NCBI RefSeq assembly: GCF_009914755.1
Contig: NC_060935.1
DNA length: 64,000 nt
Source of the DNA: the human T2T-CHM13v2.0 reference genome, Homo sapiens
Reading direction: 5' to 3' (one strand)
The notes under the pieces are model-generated. The model ran no database searches. It was not told the DNA's origin and worked only from the letters and a program-made list of their open reading frames with translations. Shown here one piece after another: positions 53,623 through 64,000 of the stretch. The stretch's first letter is position 1; every line of letters begins with the position of its first letter. Position numbers and translations under genes: made by a program.

Positions 53623-54623
53623 TCAGACTCCCTTTCACACATGACAGAGGCCTGACAAATTTGCACTGAATGAATAAATGAACGAACGAACAATCTGTCA
53701 CTCATTTCCCAACTTCTAGCCTCTCTCTTCTAGTCTATTTACCTACACAGCTGCCACGTGAACCTTCAGATCCTGCTGCTCCTGCAAGCTGTGTGTTCAG
53801 ACAAATTGCTGAACTTAGCTGAGCCTTCAATTCCTCAACTACAAACAGGGACTCTACTTGGGTAATTAGGAAGATTGAAAGAAAGCATAAGCACAGCATC
53901 TCAAGGGCTAAGGAGGAGTCCAGGAAAAGCTGTTGAAGGAAAGCTGTTTCTCCCCACCCCACCCCATAACACCCCACACCACCCTGATCCTCTAATCTCT
54001 CTGTTCCAAAGGCTGCAGGAAAGAGCCCAGCCCCTGGGCTGGCCCCTGGCTATATGTAAATGTTTATGCCAAGCCCAGCCTCCTAAGGACAAGTTATTTG
54101 CTTTGCTTGTAATTAATTGCAGAAGGCCTGCCTGGGTAATAAACTCTGCCGAAGAAATATAAACAGTTTGCACAGAGCTTCAAATCCATTGTGAGGCCAA
54201 GAGAAAGGGTCTGCTAGGAATGGAATGTTCTCCCCAGTCTTCCTCTAAGCTGGAGGCAGAGAGATCACTGAAGGTCAGAACTGAGAGGACCCTTGGAAAT
54301 CATTTGAAAAATAGCACCTGGCATCATGACCTTGTTCCAGGCCCGGCTGAGCACTTGCTTTATATGGTACAGCTATTTTCCCATTCTAAAGATGAAGAAA
54401 CTGAAGCTGAATGAAAGTGGCAGGGAACTTTCCCCAACTAGAAGGCAGCTGGGCTGAAAGTTGAATCTGGCTGGACTTTAGAGAAAAAGAAAGACAGCCA
54501 TTCATTCAACAAAAATATCCCGTGTCCCCCGTGCCAGACACTGGTACCTGGTGACACAGCTCCTGCAGCACTTGCATTCCAGCAGGGAGAGGCATATTTC
54601 AGATGTTGAGGACTAAAATCTGA

Positions 54624-54904
54624 TTTTTATTTTTTGAGGCGGAGTCTCGCTCTGTCGCCCAGTGGCGCGATCTCGGCTTACCGCAACCTCCGCCTCCCAG
54701 GTTCAAGCAATTCTGCCTCAGCCTCCCAAGTAGCTGGGATTACAAGCGCCTGCCACCACGCCTGGCTAATTTTTTGGTATTTTTAGTAGAGACAGGGTTT
54801 CACCATGTTGGCCAGGCTGGTTTTGAACTCTTGACCTCAAGTGATCCGTCCGCCTAGGCCTCCCAAAGTGCTGGGATTACAGGGGTGACCCACCATGCCT
54901 GGCC
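54624..54904 (-). mobile_element. Alu (S) inside MER4
   Basis: TSD tctgattttt. Confidence 0.93.
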
Positions 54905-54987
54905 ATGTCTGATTTTTTTTTTTACCTTGCCCAAATTCCTGTCTAAGGGGTCTGGGGAGTCATCTTCTACAAACCATGAATTCTCAT

Positions 54988-55389
54988 TGTCAGGCCTCTG
55001 AGCCCAAGCTAAGACATCACAGCCCCCGTGACCTGCACGTATACATCCAGATGGCCTGAAGTAACTGAAGAATGACAAAAGAAGTGAAAATGGCCTGTTC
55101 CTGCCTTAACTGATGCCTTTATCTTGTGAAATTCCTTCTCCTGGCTCATCCTGGCTCAAAAGCTCCCCCGCTGAACACCTTGTGACCCCCACCCCTGCCC
55201 GCCAGAGAACAACCCCCTTTTGACTGTAATTTTCCTTTACCTACGCAAATCTTATAAAACGGCCCCACCCCTATCCCCCTCCACTGACTCTCTTTTCGGA
55301 CTCAGCCCGCCTGCACCCAGGTGAAATAAACAGCCTTGTTGCTCACACAAAGCCTGTTTGGTGGTCTCTTCACACGGACTCGAGTGAAA
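54988..55389 (+). mobile_element. HERV-H solo LTR (LTR7 family)
   Basis: TGTCAGGCCTCTGAGCCCAAGCTAAG...TATAAAAC...AATAAA...GGTGGTCTCTTCACACGGAC..GTGAAA; perfect 5-bp TSD CTCAT. Confidence 0.93.
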
Positions 55390-55461
55390 CTCATCAGTTG
55401 GGTTTTATGTAACCCTACATGTCGTGACTTACTTTCCAGTCTGACTCTGGCATAACATTAC

Positions 55462-55841
55462 TGTAAGGCTTCTGAGCTCAAGCCCGCAGGTATACATCCG
55501 GATGGCCTGAGGCAACTGAAGAACCACAAAAGAAGTGAAAATGGCCGGTTCCTGCCTTAACTGATGACATTACCTTGTGACATTCCTTCTCCTGGACAAT
55601 AAGTCTCCGGAGCTCCCCACTGAGCACCTTTTGACCCCCGCCCCTACCCGCAAGAGAACAACCCCCTTTAACTGTAATTTTCCACTACCTACCCAAAATC
55701 CTGTAAAACTGCCCCACCCCTATCTCTCTCTCTTTGCTGATTCCTTTTTCAGACTCAGTCTACCTGCACCCAGGTGATTAAAAAGCTTTATTGTTCACAC
55801 AAAGCCTGTTTGGTGGTCTCTTCACAGGGATGTGTGTGACA
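55462..55841 (+). mobile_element. Second HERV-H solo LTR (LTR7C-like)
   Basis: TGTAAGGCTTCTGAGCTCAAGCC...GGTTCCTGCCTTAACTGATGACATT...GGTCTCTTCACA...GTGACA; TSD ATTAC/ATTGC. Confidence 0.88.
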
Positions 55842-56208
55842 ATTGCGAGATAAGGAAGAAAATCAGAATATTTTATCCCAAAACGTGTTTCTCTGCCATA
55901 TCTTGAAATGGCCCTGCAAAGCCATCCTTAGTGGGGGAAAATCTGCGTCTGTAAACATAGCTAGATCTTTTTCTTCGAGGCCCTCCCAATCCTGATGAGA
56001 ATGACTAAAAGTCTAGCACCTTTTAAAGGTCTGAATAGGAAACATTTGTCATCTATTTTCTCTAAGGGCAGCCACCATTAGACTTCAAAAGAACTTTCGT
56101 CTCCACAATCTTTTATCTTAACCTGAACATTTCCTTTCTAAGGATCCCAAGTCTTTAGACAAACTCAACCACCTGTCAACCAGAAAATGTTTAAGTTTAC
56201 CTATAGCT

Positions 56209-56583
<375 letters not shown>

Positions 56584-57643
56584 TTAAATGTATTTGATTG
56601 ATGTCTCATGCCTCCTAAAATATATAAAACCAAGTTGTACCCCGACCACCTTGGGCACATGTTCTCAAGACCTCCTGAGGGCTGTGTCACAGGCCACGGT
56701 CACTCATATTTGGCTCAGAATAAATATCTTCAAATATTTTACAGAGTTTGACTCAACAACGCTCACCAAATTGATTACAGCAGGTGCTAAGTGCTCTGAA
56801 GAAAAAAACAAAGCCACTTGTCAAGAAGGGCAGAGCCACAGTTGTGGGTGGCCATTCAAGCTCTGCAGGGCAGAAACCATACAGTAAGTGCTCTGGCAGG
56901 AGCACACAGTAGGTGTGTTGTAAGCAGGTTTCCAGCTAAAACTTAACACTGTTTTCTTTGGGCCCAGTGCAGCTTCTTGCCAACCAGTTCAGGGTGTATT
57001 GAAGGCATTGTGCCAGGGCTGGGGAATAGAATGATTGGTGAACAAAAATCAGTCCTTGCCACCACGGAGCCCACACCCAACTGGGGGCACAGACAAACGG
57101 GGAAGTGTAAAAGAGAAGTTGATGAGGGTCATGGGGCAGGAGAGGGACAATCAGCATGTATTGAGCACCTACTGTGTACCAGGCACTGTGTTAAGCCATG
57201 CATTATCTCATTTAAGCCTTACCACAACCCTATGGGGGTGAGGAGAGGATTTTATTACCCCCATTTTAAAGATGACAAAACCAAGGTTCAGAAAGATTAT
57301 GTAACCGTCTCTAGGTCACAGGCATAACAAGCAGTAGGGGTGGGATCTGAAACCTAGCCGGACATCATGTTTGTTCTTCGAAGCCCTCCCCACAGCCACC
57401 TGTCTTAGGGAAGCACAGAAGGCAAGACATTGCTGCCAACAAACTCCGCTTCCCTGACTCTGCAGAGGGATGCACCGCACCCTGCCAGCCTGGCTTCCTT
57501 TCTGAGCAGGAAAGGTCAGCTCGGCCTGCCCTGGCAGCTCCCCTCAGGCACCAGACCAGCCAGACTCCTGACCCAGTCCCAGGAGCAGGAAAGGCCTGTC
57601 CAGACTTCTACTCTGCCCCACTCCCACAGAAGGTCCCATCCCA

Positions 57644-57921
57644 GGCCGGGCGCGGTGGCTCACGCTTGTAATCCCAGCACTTTGGGAGGCCCAGGTGGGC
57701 AGACCACAAGGTCAGAAGTTCAAGACCAGCCTGACCAACATGGTGAAACCTCATCTATACTAAAAATACAAAAATTAGCTGGGCGTGGTGGCATGTGCCT
57801 ATTATCCCAGCTACTCAAGGCAGGAGAGTTGCTTGAACCCGGGCTGAGATAGCACCACTGCACTCCAGCCTGGGTGACAGGGCAAGACTCCGTCTCAAAC
57901 AAAAAAAAAAAAAAAAAAAAA
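57644..57921 (+). mobile_element. Alu (S) with internal deletions
   Basis: Sense Alu; TSD aagg(t/c)cccatccc. Confidence 0.92.
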
Positions 57922-58569
57922 GGCCCCATCCCGGTTACAACAGCCCCTTCCCAGGCAAGCCGTGCTCCACAGTTTATAACCACTTTCACCCTCTTGATTC
58001 GTCTGACCACCTCACCCCAGCAGCTTGTATCCCAGAGCCTAATACCAGGCCTGGCACACAGCAGGTTAATTTGACAGACAGCAGGACAGACTATCCCAAT
58101 GAAAGGCATGGGCTCCCCTGAGCCATCTCCATCCAGCTTTCATCAGCATTTCCTGAGCTCCCAGGACAAGCCTGGGGCTAGACCAGGCAGTTTCACCTAT
58201 GGTTCATTATTTTAACCTTTCCAGGAAGGTCTTATCTCCATTTTGCAGAAGAGGAAGATTGAAGTCAGAGAAGCCTTTCCAGTCTCTAATTTACATGGCA
58301 AGTGAAGCTGCAGGTTCAGCCTGCCCCAGAACTGGCTCCCCTGGATGCCTTTCAGGTGTTGCTTCTGTAGGGAGGGCTCTAACCTATGACAGATCTCTGC
58401 TGTGGGATGAGAGCCCCCTGAGGACATGCAGCAGATGTGGCACCAACATCCTAGCCCAAACGAAAACTTGCCACAGCAGGGCAGAGCTGGGCTTGGGCGC
58501 CTAAAGCTTACAGAGCTTGGAAGGTTTTTTTTTTGTTTGTTTGTTTGTTTTAAAAAAAAAAGAGTACAA

Positions 58570-58700
58570 AAATAATTTCCTTTTGCAAATTTCACAAAAC
58601 CCCTGAGCACATGGACACATTGCTAGGCCTTGGAAAGGGCCCTGGAGCGTGAAGGGCTGGAAGCTGAAGCTGCATCAGCCTCATGGTGAATCCGCCTCGG
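58570..58700 (-). mobile_element. Arthur1-like hAT DNA transposon 5' end, overlapping the base of MIR326
   Basis: Minus strand reads GAGGCGGATTCACCATGAGGCTGATGCAGCTTCAGCTTC...CAAGGCCTAGCAATGTG...GTGAAATTTGCAAAAG, resembling the recalled Arthur1 terminus. Confidence 0.75.
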
Positions 58701-58781
58701 GGCTGGAGGAAGGGCCCAGAGGCGATCTGAGCACCACCCGCCTTCACAAAGGCCCTGCCTCCAGCCCAACAGACAGATGAG
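58687..58781 (-). ncRNA. MIR326: pre-miR-326 hairpin; mature miR-326 (CCUCUGGGCCCUUCCUCCAG) at 58703-58722
   Basis: The reverse complement matches the recalled hsa-mir-326 precursor, the arms are complementary, and it is on the same strand as host ARRB1. Confidence 0.97.
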
Positions 58782-58897
58782 GCTCCGGAAGACATTCCTT
58801 CTTCTTGATGGGAGTCCCGCTGCTACTTAACCCTCCCTGCAGTAGGTCCAAGTCTGTCTGTCTTTCTCTTGCCATGGTTTCAGAAGAAGCAGATCTT

Positions 58898-59196
58898 GGC
58901 CGGACGTGGTAGCTCACACCTGTAATCCCAGCACTTTGGGAGGCTGAGACGGGAGGATTGCTCGAGCCCAGGAGTTCAAGACCAGCCTGGGCAATGTAGC
59001 AAAACCACATCTGTACAAAAAATTTAAAAATTAGCCTGGGATGGTGGCGAACACCTGTGGTCCCAGCTACTCAGGAGGCTGAGGAGGAAAGATTGTGTGA
59101 GCCCAGGAAGTCAAGGCTATAGTGAGCTATGATCACACTACTGCACTCCAGGCTGGGCAACAGAGCCAGGCCCTGTCCCTGTCTCAAAAAAAAAAG
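58898..59196 (+). mobile_element. Alu (J), about 115 bp from MIR326
   Basis: Sense Alu; TSD aagaagcaga. Confidence 0.92.
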
Positions 59197-60147
59197 AAGC
59201 AGAGCTCAGCTGAGTCTCGGACCTGCCTGCGGAGGTCTGCTGCTCACAAGGGCAGCACTGCCAGATTTCTTTGTGATCCTGGGGCACAACCCCAAGAGGA
59301 GCCTTCCATGCCTGGGCTGGAATCCTGGGCCTGGAATCCTGGGCTGGCAAGGGCTGCCCTATTAAGAACCCCATCCTCAAACATTTGTAGGGTATGATAC
59401 AGTTTACCAAATGTTCCCACATCCCACATCCACATCCCGTTTGGCCCACACGACAGTCCTGGAGGTGAGCAGGGCAAGCTTTATTGTCCCCCTTTTATAG
59501 ACGGGGACAAAACATGAGACTTGCTGTGCACCTATTGCATACTAAAGATGCCAAGGGGCTTTCCACACGTGACAACTCACAGATACCCTGTGAGAAACCA
59601 AGGCTCACTCAGTGTCTGGGGCTGGGCCTGAGAATGAGCCTGCAGCCCTGCTCTCCCATCTCGCAGCCCGTGCCTCTGCCCTGTCTCATCTCAGTCTGGC
59701 ATGGACAGCTCAGAAGGCAGTGGGCAGGCACGCTGAGACTCAGTAGGTTGAGGAAGAAGAGGCCTCCAGCTACCAAGGCGGAAGAGTAGCTGAGGGCTCA
59801 ATATATTTAATAGAAATCAAAAAAGTGAGAATCAACCGTGCCCTCTCTGGATGTGTCTGAGGAAGAGCACATGGCCCTTGGGAGCCTGAAACCTGTTTGA
59901 AAGCAGTCACCTTACAGACTCAGGGCCTGATGTCCTCCCCACACCCTGCCAAGCTGCAGATGGCCCCACCCCTACCTCCCACTGTCCACATGCTAGGCCT
60001 TCCAGACCCTTCTGCTGACTCCTCTCAGCGCCCAAGGCAGCCACCCAGTGCTTGCCCTGGCCTGTTCAAGTCCTACTCCTGTCCTTCACTAATGCTTGCT
60101 TAATTCGTGGATATACCTACTCTACGAATCTTTATGAGAAGATACTG

Positions 60148-60250
60148 TAGGGTGACCCACAGTCCTGATTTGCCCAGGAGTGAGCTGAGGGGTTTCCTGA
60201 GATGCGAGACTGAGACTGTCCCAGGAAAATTGGGATGGCTGACGACCCTC
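60148..60250. mobile_element. MER81/MER94-like hAT-Blackjack MITE
   Basis: TAGGGTGACC..AGTCCTGATTTGCCCAGGA...TCCCAGGAAAATTGGGA..GACCCT terminal inverted repeats. Confidence 0.7.
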
Positions 60251-60763
60251 ATGTACTGCATGCCTGGTCCCTGGGCTGGGTGCCAAGGACACATTTATCT
60301 ACCAAACATAGTCACTGCCCTCAAGAAACTTCCAGTCGGAGAGTGGCTGCCACTCAATGAGAAACCACTGTCAAAGGCACCTGTTCAGCCCCTCACACAC
60401 ATGATCCATCACCACCCTATGAGGGGAATATTATCACCTCCGTGGTATGCATAAGAAAACTAGGGCTCAGAAAGGTGGCACAATGTGCCCAGAGTCAGAG
60501 TTACAAGTGACCTGCTAAGATTTGAACTTGATCCAATGAAACAGAAAAAGGGCAGTTTCCAGCATGAACATTATGGAGATAGAAAAAGATAGACATGTTT
60601 TATTTAATTCATTTTGTAGCTCCAGTGTCTGGCATGTTCTAGGTATTCAGGAAATGCGTGAAGGGAGAGAGGGAGATCTAAGCCTTATTTAATTATCTCC
60701 AGGCTAGGAGATTCCATCCCTCAATTCAAAAGCCATACATTTCCCTTTTCAAAGTCAGTTTCA

Positions 60764-60988
60764 GACCAGGCACAGTGGCTCACACCTATAATCCCAACAC
60801 TATGGGAGGCTGAGGCAGAAGGATCTCTTGAGCCCAGGAGTTTGAGACCAGCCTGAGCAACACAGTGAGACCCCATCTCCACAAAAAATCTTCGAGGCTG
60901 CAGTGAGCTATGATCGTGCCACTGCACTCCAGTCTGGATGACACAGCAAGATCCTATCTCAAAGGAAAAACAGAAAAGGAAAAAAAAA
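60764..60988 (+). mobile_element. Alu (J) with internal deletion
   Basis: Left arm joined to the end of the right arm. Confidence 0.88.
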
Positions 60989-61379
60989 GTTTTGACTGTT
61001 TTCCTTCAGCACGAGGACCAGGAAGGAAGTAAGAAGAGGGAAAGGGTGCTTTTTCTTTAAGTCAGCAGCTCGGGGCTCACTTCCTCCAGGGAATCTTCCC
61101 TGACTCACTCCCTAACCCAAGTCTGGCCCCACACTGTGCCAGGCCCCAGTCAGGAGCTGGGAGTCCAAGAGACAAGAGATACACATTTGCCCTCGAGCAG
61201 AGAGGGAACTGACTTGTTAGCAGTCAACTACAATGTAAAGTGCCATCCGGGAAGCCTGCACAGTGCTAAGGGAGCCTGGAAGAGGCCATTCACTCTACCT
61301 GGGCAGGGAGCAGTCAAGGGAGGGCTTCATGTCTACAGCAGGTGCCCTGTGCAGTTGTTCAATGAATTTCATTGAAATG

Positions 61380-61381
<2 letters not shown>

Positions 61382-61412
<31 letters not shown>

Positions 61413-61527
61413 AGACGGAGATTCACTCCTGTTGCCCAGGCTGGAGTGCAATGGTGCTCAAGTGATCCGCCTGCCTCGGCCTCCCAAAGTGCTGGGATTA
61501 AGGGTGTGAGCCACCGCACCCAGGCTA
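61382..61527 (-). mobile_element. Alu with large internal deletion
   Basis: gcaatggtg joined to ctcaagtgatccgcc. Confidence 0.88.
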
Positions 61528-64000
61528 AAATGTTTTTAAGTTCAACCTGAAAATATAAGGAATATTTCACCAGAGGAAGAAGGGCATTCCAGCTAAAGAG
61601 ATCGGCTTGAGCAAAGGCACAGAGGCGTGAAAAGTACAAAGACTGTTGAGGAAGATCCAAAAAAGTCAATGCAGCCAGGTTGTTAGCAGTGTGGTGGGGA
61701 CAGCTGGGAAAGGAGTGTGGAAGGGACATTAGAGACAGATCCTGAAGGGCCTCCAGTGCCACCTAGAGAATGGGGACTTTCCCATAGGACATGGGGAGCA
61801 GTGGATCAGGCCTTAGGCTGGGAAGAATGACCAGATGTGAATTTCAGAATAACAGGATGGCTTGGAGGGTTGGGACTGAGCAGAAAGACAGCAACTAGAA
61901 GACAATTGTAATGATCCAGGCCAGGAGTGGGGCTTGACCTGAGCCAGTGGCGGTAGAATGAGGAGAACAGTACTTTGGGAGCCATGTCTCTATCACCATT
62001 CAGTTTGGATCCCCTGAACTGGGGCTGCCCACAGGAAGGCATGGTTTTCTCTTCTCCAGGGAGCTCAGCACACCCCCATCCAGCTCTACACTCAAATGGA
62101 AGTTGAGGCCAGAGCCTCAGTGTACAGAAACTCAGGTCTTTCTGTACACTGGGTCAGGGCTCAGTGTGGGGCCAGGTCATGGTTCTTTGAAAGTTCTCCC
62201 TACTACAAAGTTTACTCTGCAAATGGTGAACATCAGAGGTGGCTGAATTGTTTCAAGTATGCACAGTGAATCACTGCTGTACTGAATCGCTGCTGTGGAA
62301 CAGTCAGCGCAGGGAGAAACGACAACGCATATTAATCACTTGATTATGATGTGTAATCATTTTTGTCATTTTTAGAATGTCAAAAAAATCTGTTGCAAAA
62401 AAAAATCTCCTTATTGAGTTTTAAAACGTCTGTAGGTTTCTCCCAGTACCCTGGGGCAATAGAGACCCATCATAACATCAACCAGTGATGAGCCCTGCTA
62501 ATGTGCTGGGTGCTTTAATTAGCACAGCTGTAACCGAGAAAGGATGAACACATTATCTCCAGAGGCTGGAAAACTTGCCTACAGACATGCAATTACTGGT
62601 AAAGGGGAGGGGAGAACCCCAGCCTGCTGCCTCCTCTCCACCACTCCACGTGGCCTCAGTGTGCCCAAAGATAGCCCTCCAATCTGTAGAGACCAGCGCA
62701 CATGGCCCCTGGCTGCCAGCCCCAAAGCCTGGAGCTGTTTCTCCTAAGACATAGTTTCTCAACTGTCTCATGCCCATGGGCTCCTCTGGGAAGAGCCATC
62801 AGATCTCTGCAGTGTCTCCTGGGCTAGAGGGAAGCTTTCCTCTCCATACCCTCAGGACAGTAGACCCTGGTTTCCAATGGCAGGTTTGCTGAGCCCAGTG
62901 TCTCCTGATATACCCACCCCATTTTCTTTCTCCAGGCAGAAACACTTACTGTGATGCCCTGTGGCAGAACTTTCACTTTTCACCCTAGTTTTTTTGTCCT
63001 CAAGCAGTCTGCATTCCCAAGACACTCCTTACTGACAGCAGATGAAACCAGTGCCTGACACTATGCCGGCACATAGTAGGTTTCTCAAGTCTGCTGAAGG
63101 AAGTCAGTCCTGGATGAAAACACATGTCACAGAGATACTGCCAGGAAGAGTACTACCTCTGGCTCACACAAACGCACTTTCCAACCAGGTCGTGAGTCCC
63201 TACTTCTGGGGAGCTGCCTCTGATCCTTAACCTCTGGCCCTGTTTTGTCCCTGCTATAAACAGATGCCCACTACCCCTCTTCTGGCAGCTGTTGAGATCA
63301 TCTATTTCCTCTCTCCCAATACATCTGAGCAGCATGAGGGCAGAGACTTGTCTGGGTCCTCTTCATATTTCAGGTGCCCAGCACAGGGCCCGGGGTGTGG
63401 CACAGAGAGAAAGCTTTGTTCCTTGGAACCTCCTCAGGAGGGCAGCGATGGCCTAACAGAAACGATATAAGCTAACCCTGAAAACTCCTAGCCCGAGGCC
63501 CGGGGAGATAGTGTTCCATGTCATGAGGTTTCTTGCCACCCAGAACCTGGGAAGGCCAGGCCCTCAACTTCGGAGAAAGGGCAGCCTCAGGCGGGAGGCA
63601 GAGCAGAGCTGCTCCATAAATCCCCTTCCCACTCGGAGAGAGACACACCACTGGGACAGGCCCGGCCACTTCGGGACATGCCTTGAGTGGAGGGAGAAAT
63701 GTTTGTGGAATTGAATGGAACAAACTGTAAAATGCTAGCTATTTGTTCCTCTGGCTGCAGAGGCCAGTTGCCCTCTGGGGGCAGTTTGCAGGCAAATTAT
63801 CTCAGGACGAGGCCTGTTTCCTCTAATGAGGCTTCCCCGCTTTGCAGCTCTGCTCCCAAGAGAGTTGGAGGGGACAATGCTCAGAGCCAACCCCAGAGGC
63901 CTGCACTGAGGAAGCATACATGGCTCACCATTCTACACAGTGTGGGCGGCACTACCACTATCCAAGGCAGGGGGATGCTCCCCACGACCTTCTGGGTGCA

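Noticed and set aside
54988-55841. A single HERV-H provirus with deleted interior
   Set aside because: Each LTR has its own TSD, the subtypes differ, and the spacer is MER4 sequence with no primer-binding site or polypurine tract.
62000-64000. ARRB1 exon 1 or promoter CpG island
   Set aside because: No MGDKGT coding sequence and no CpG island here; exon 1 must lie beyond the window end.

Overview
Human (primate) genomic DNA, GC- and Alu-rich. It holds the minus-strand gene ARRB1 (beta-arrestin-1). Coding exons 2-10 lie at 443-13637; all have GT-AG boundaries and consistent phases and spell VFKKASPNGK...CPVAMEEA. About 50 kb of intron 1 runs from 13638 to 64000. Exon 1 and exons 11 onward fall outside the window. 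The intronic microRNA MIR326 is at 58687-58781 (-), with its basal stem overlapping the end of an Arthur1-like hAT transposon. The rest is mostly interspersed repeats: about 40 Alus (several nested), an old L1M with a younger L1PA 3' end inside it, MaLR and ERVL LTRs, hAT DNA-transposon relics, MIR/L2 fragments, and a MER4-family LTR carrying two independent HERV-H LTR7 solo insertions. Best leads: (1) a candidate cryptic or alternative coding exon in intron 1, in phase with exon 2; (2) the twin LTR7 insertions pointing antisense toward MIR326; (3) a 106-bp direct repeat near both ends of intron 8; (4) a degenerate ~43-bp tandem array; (5) several fold-back or template-switch scars. I cannot support a genuinely new biological system from the sequence alone. 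Repeat family names come from recalled consensus sequences, and repeat boundaries are approximate.
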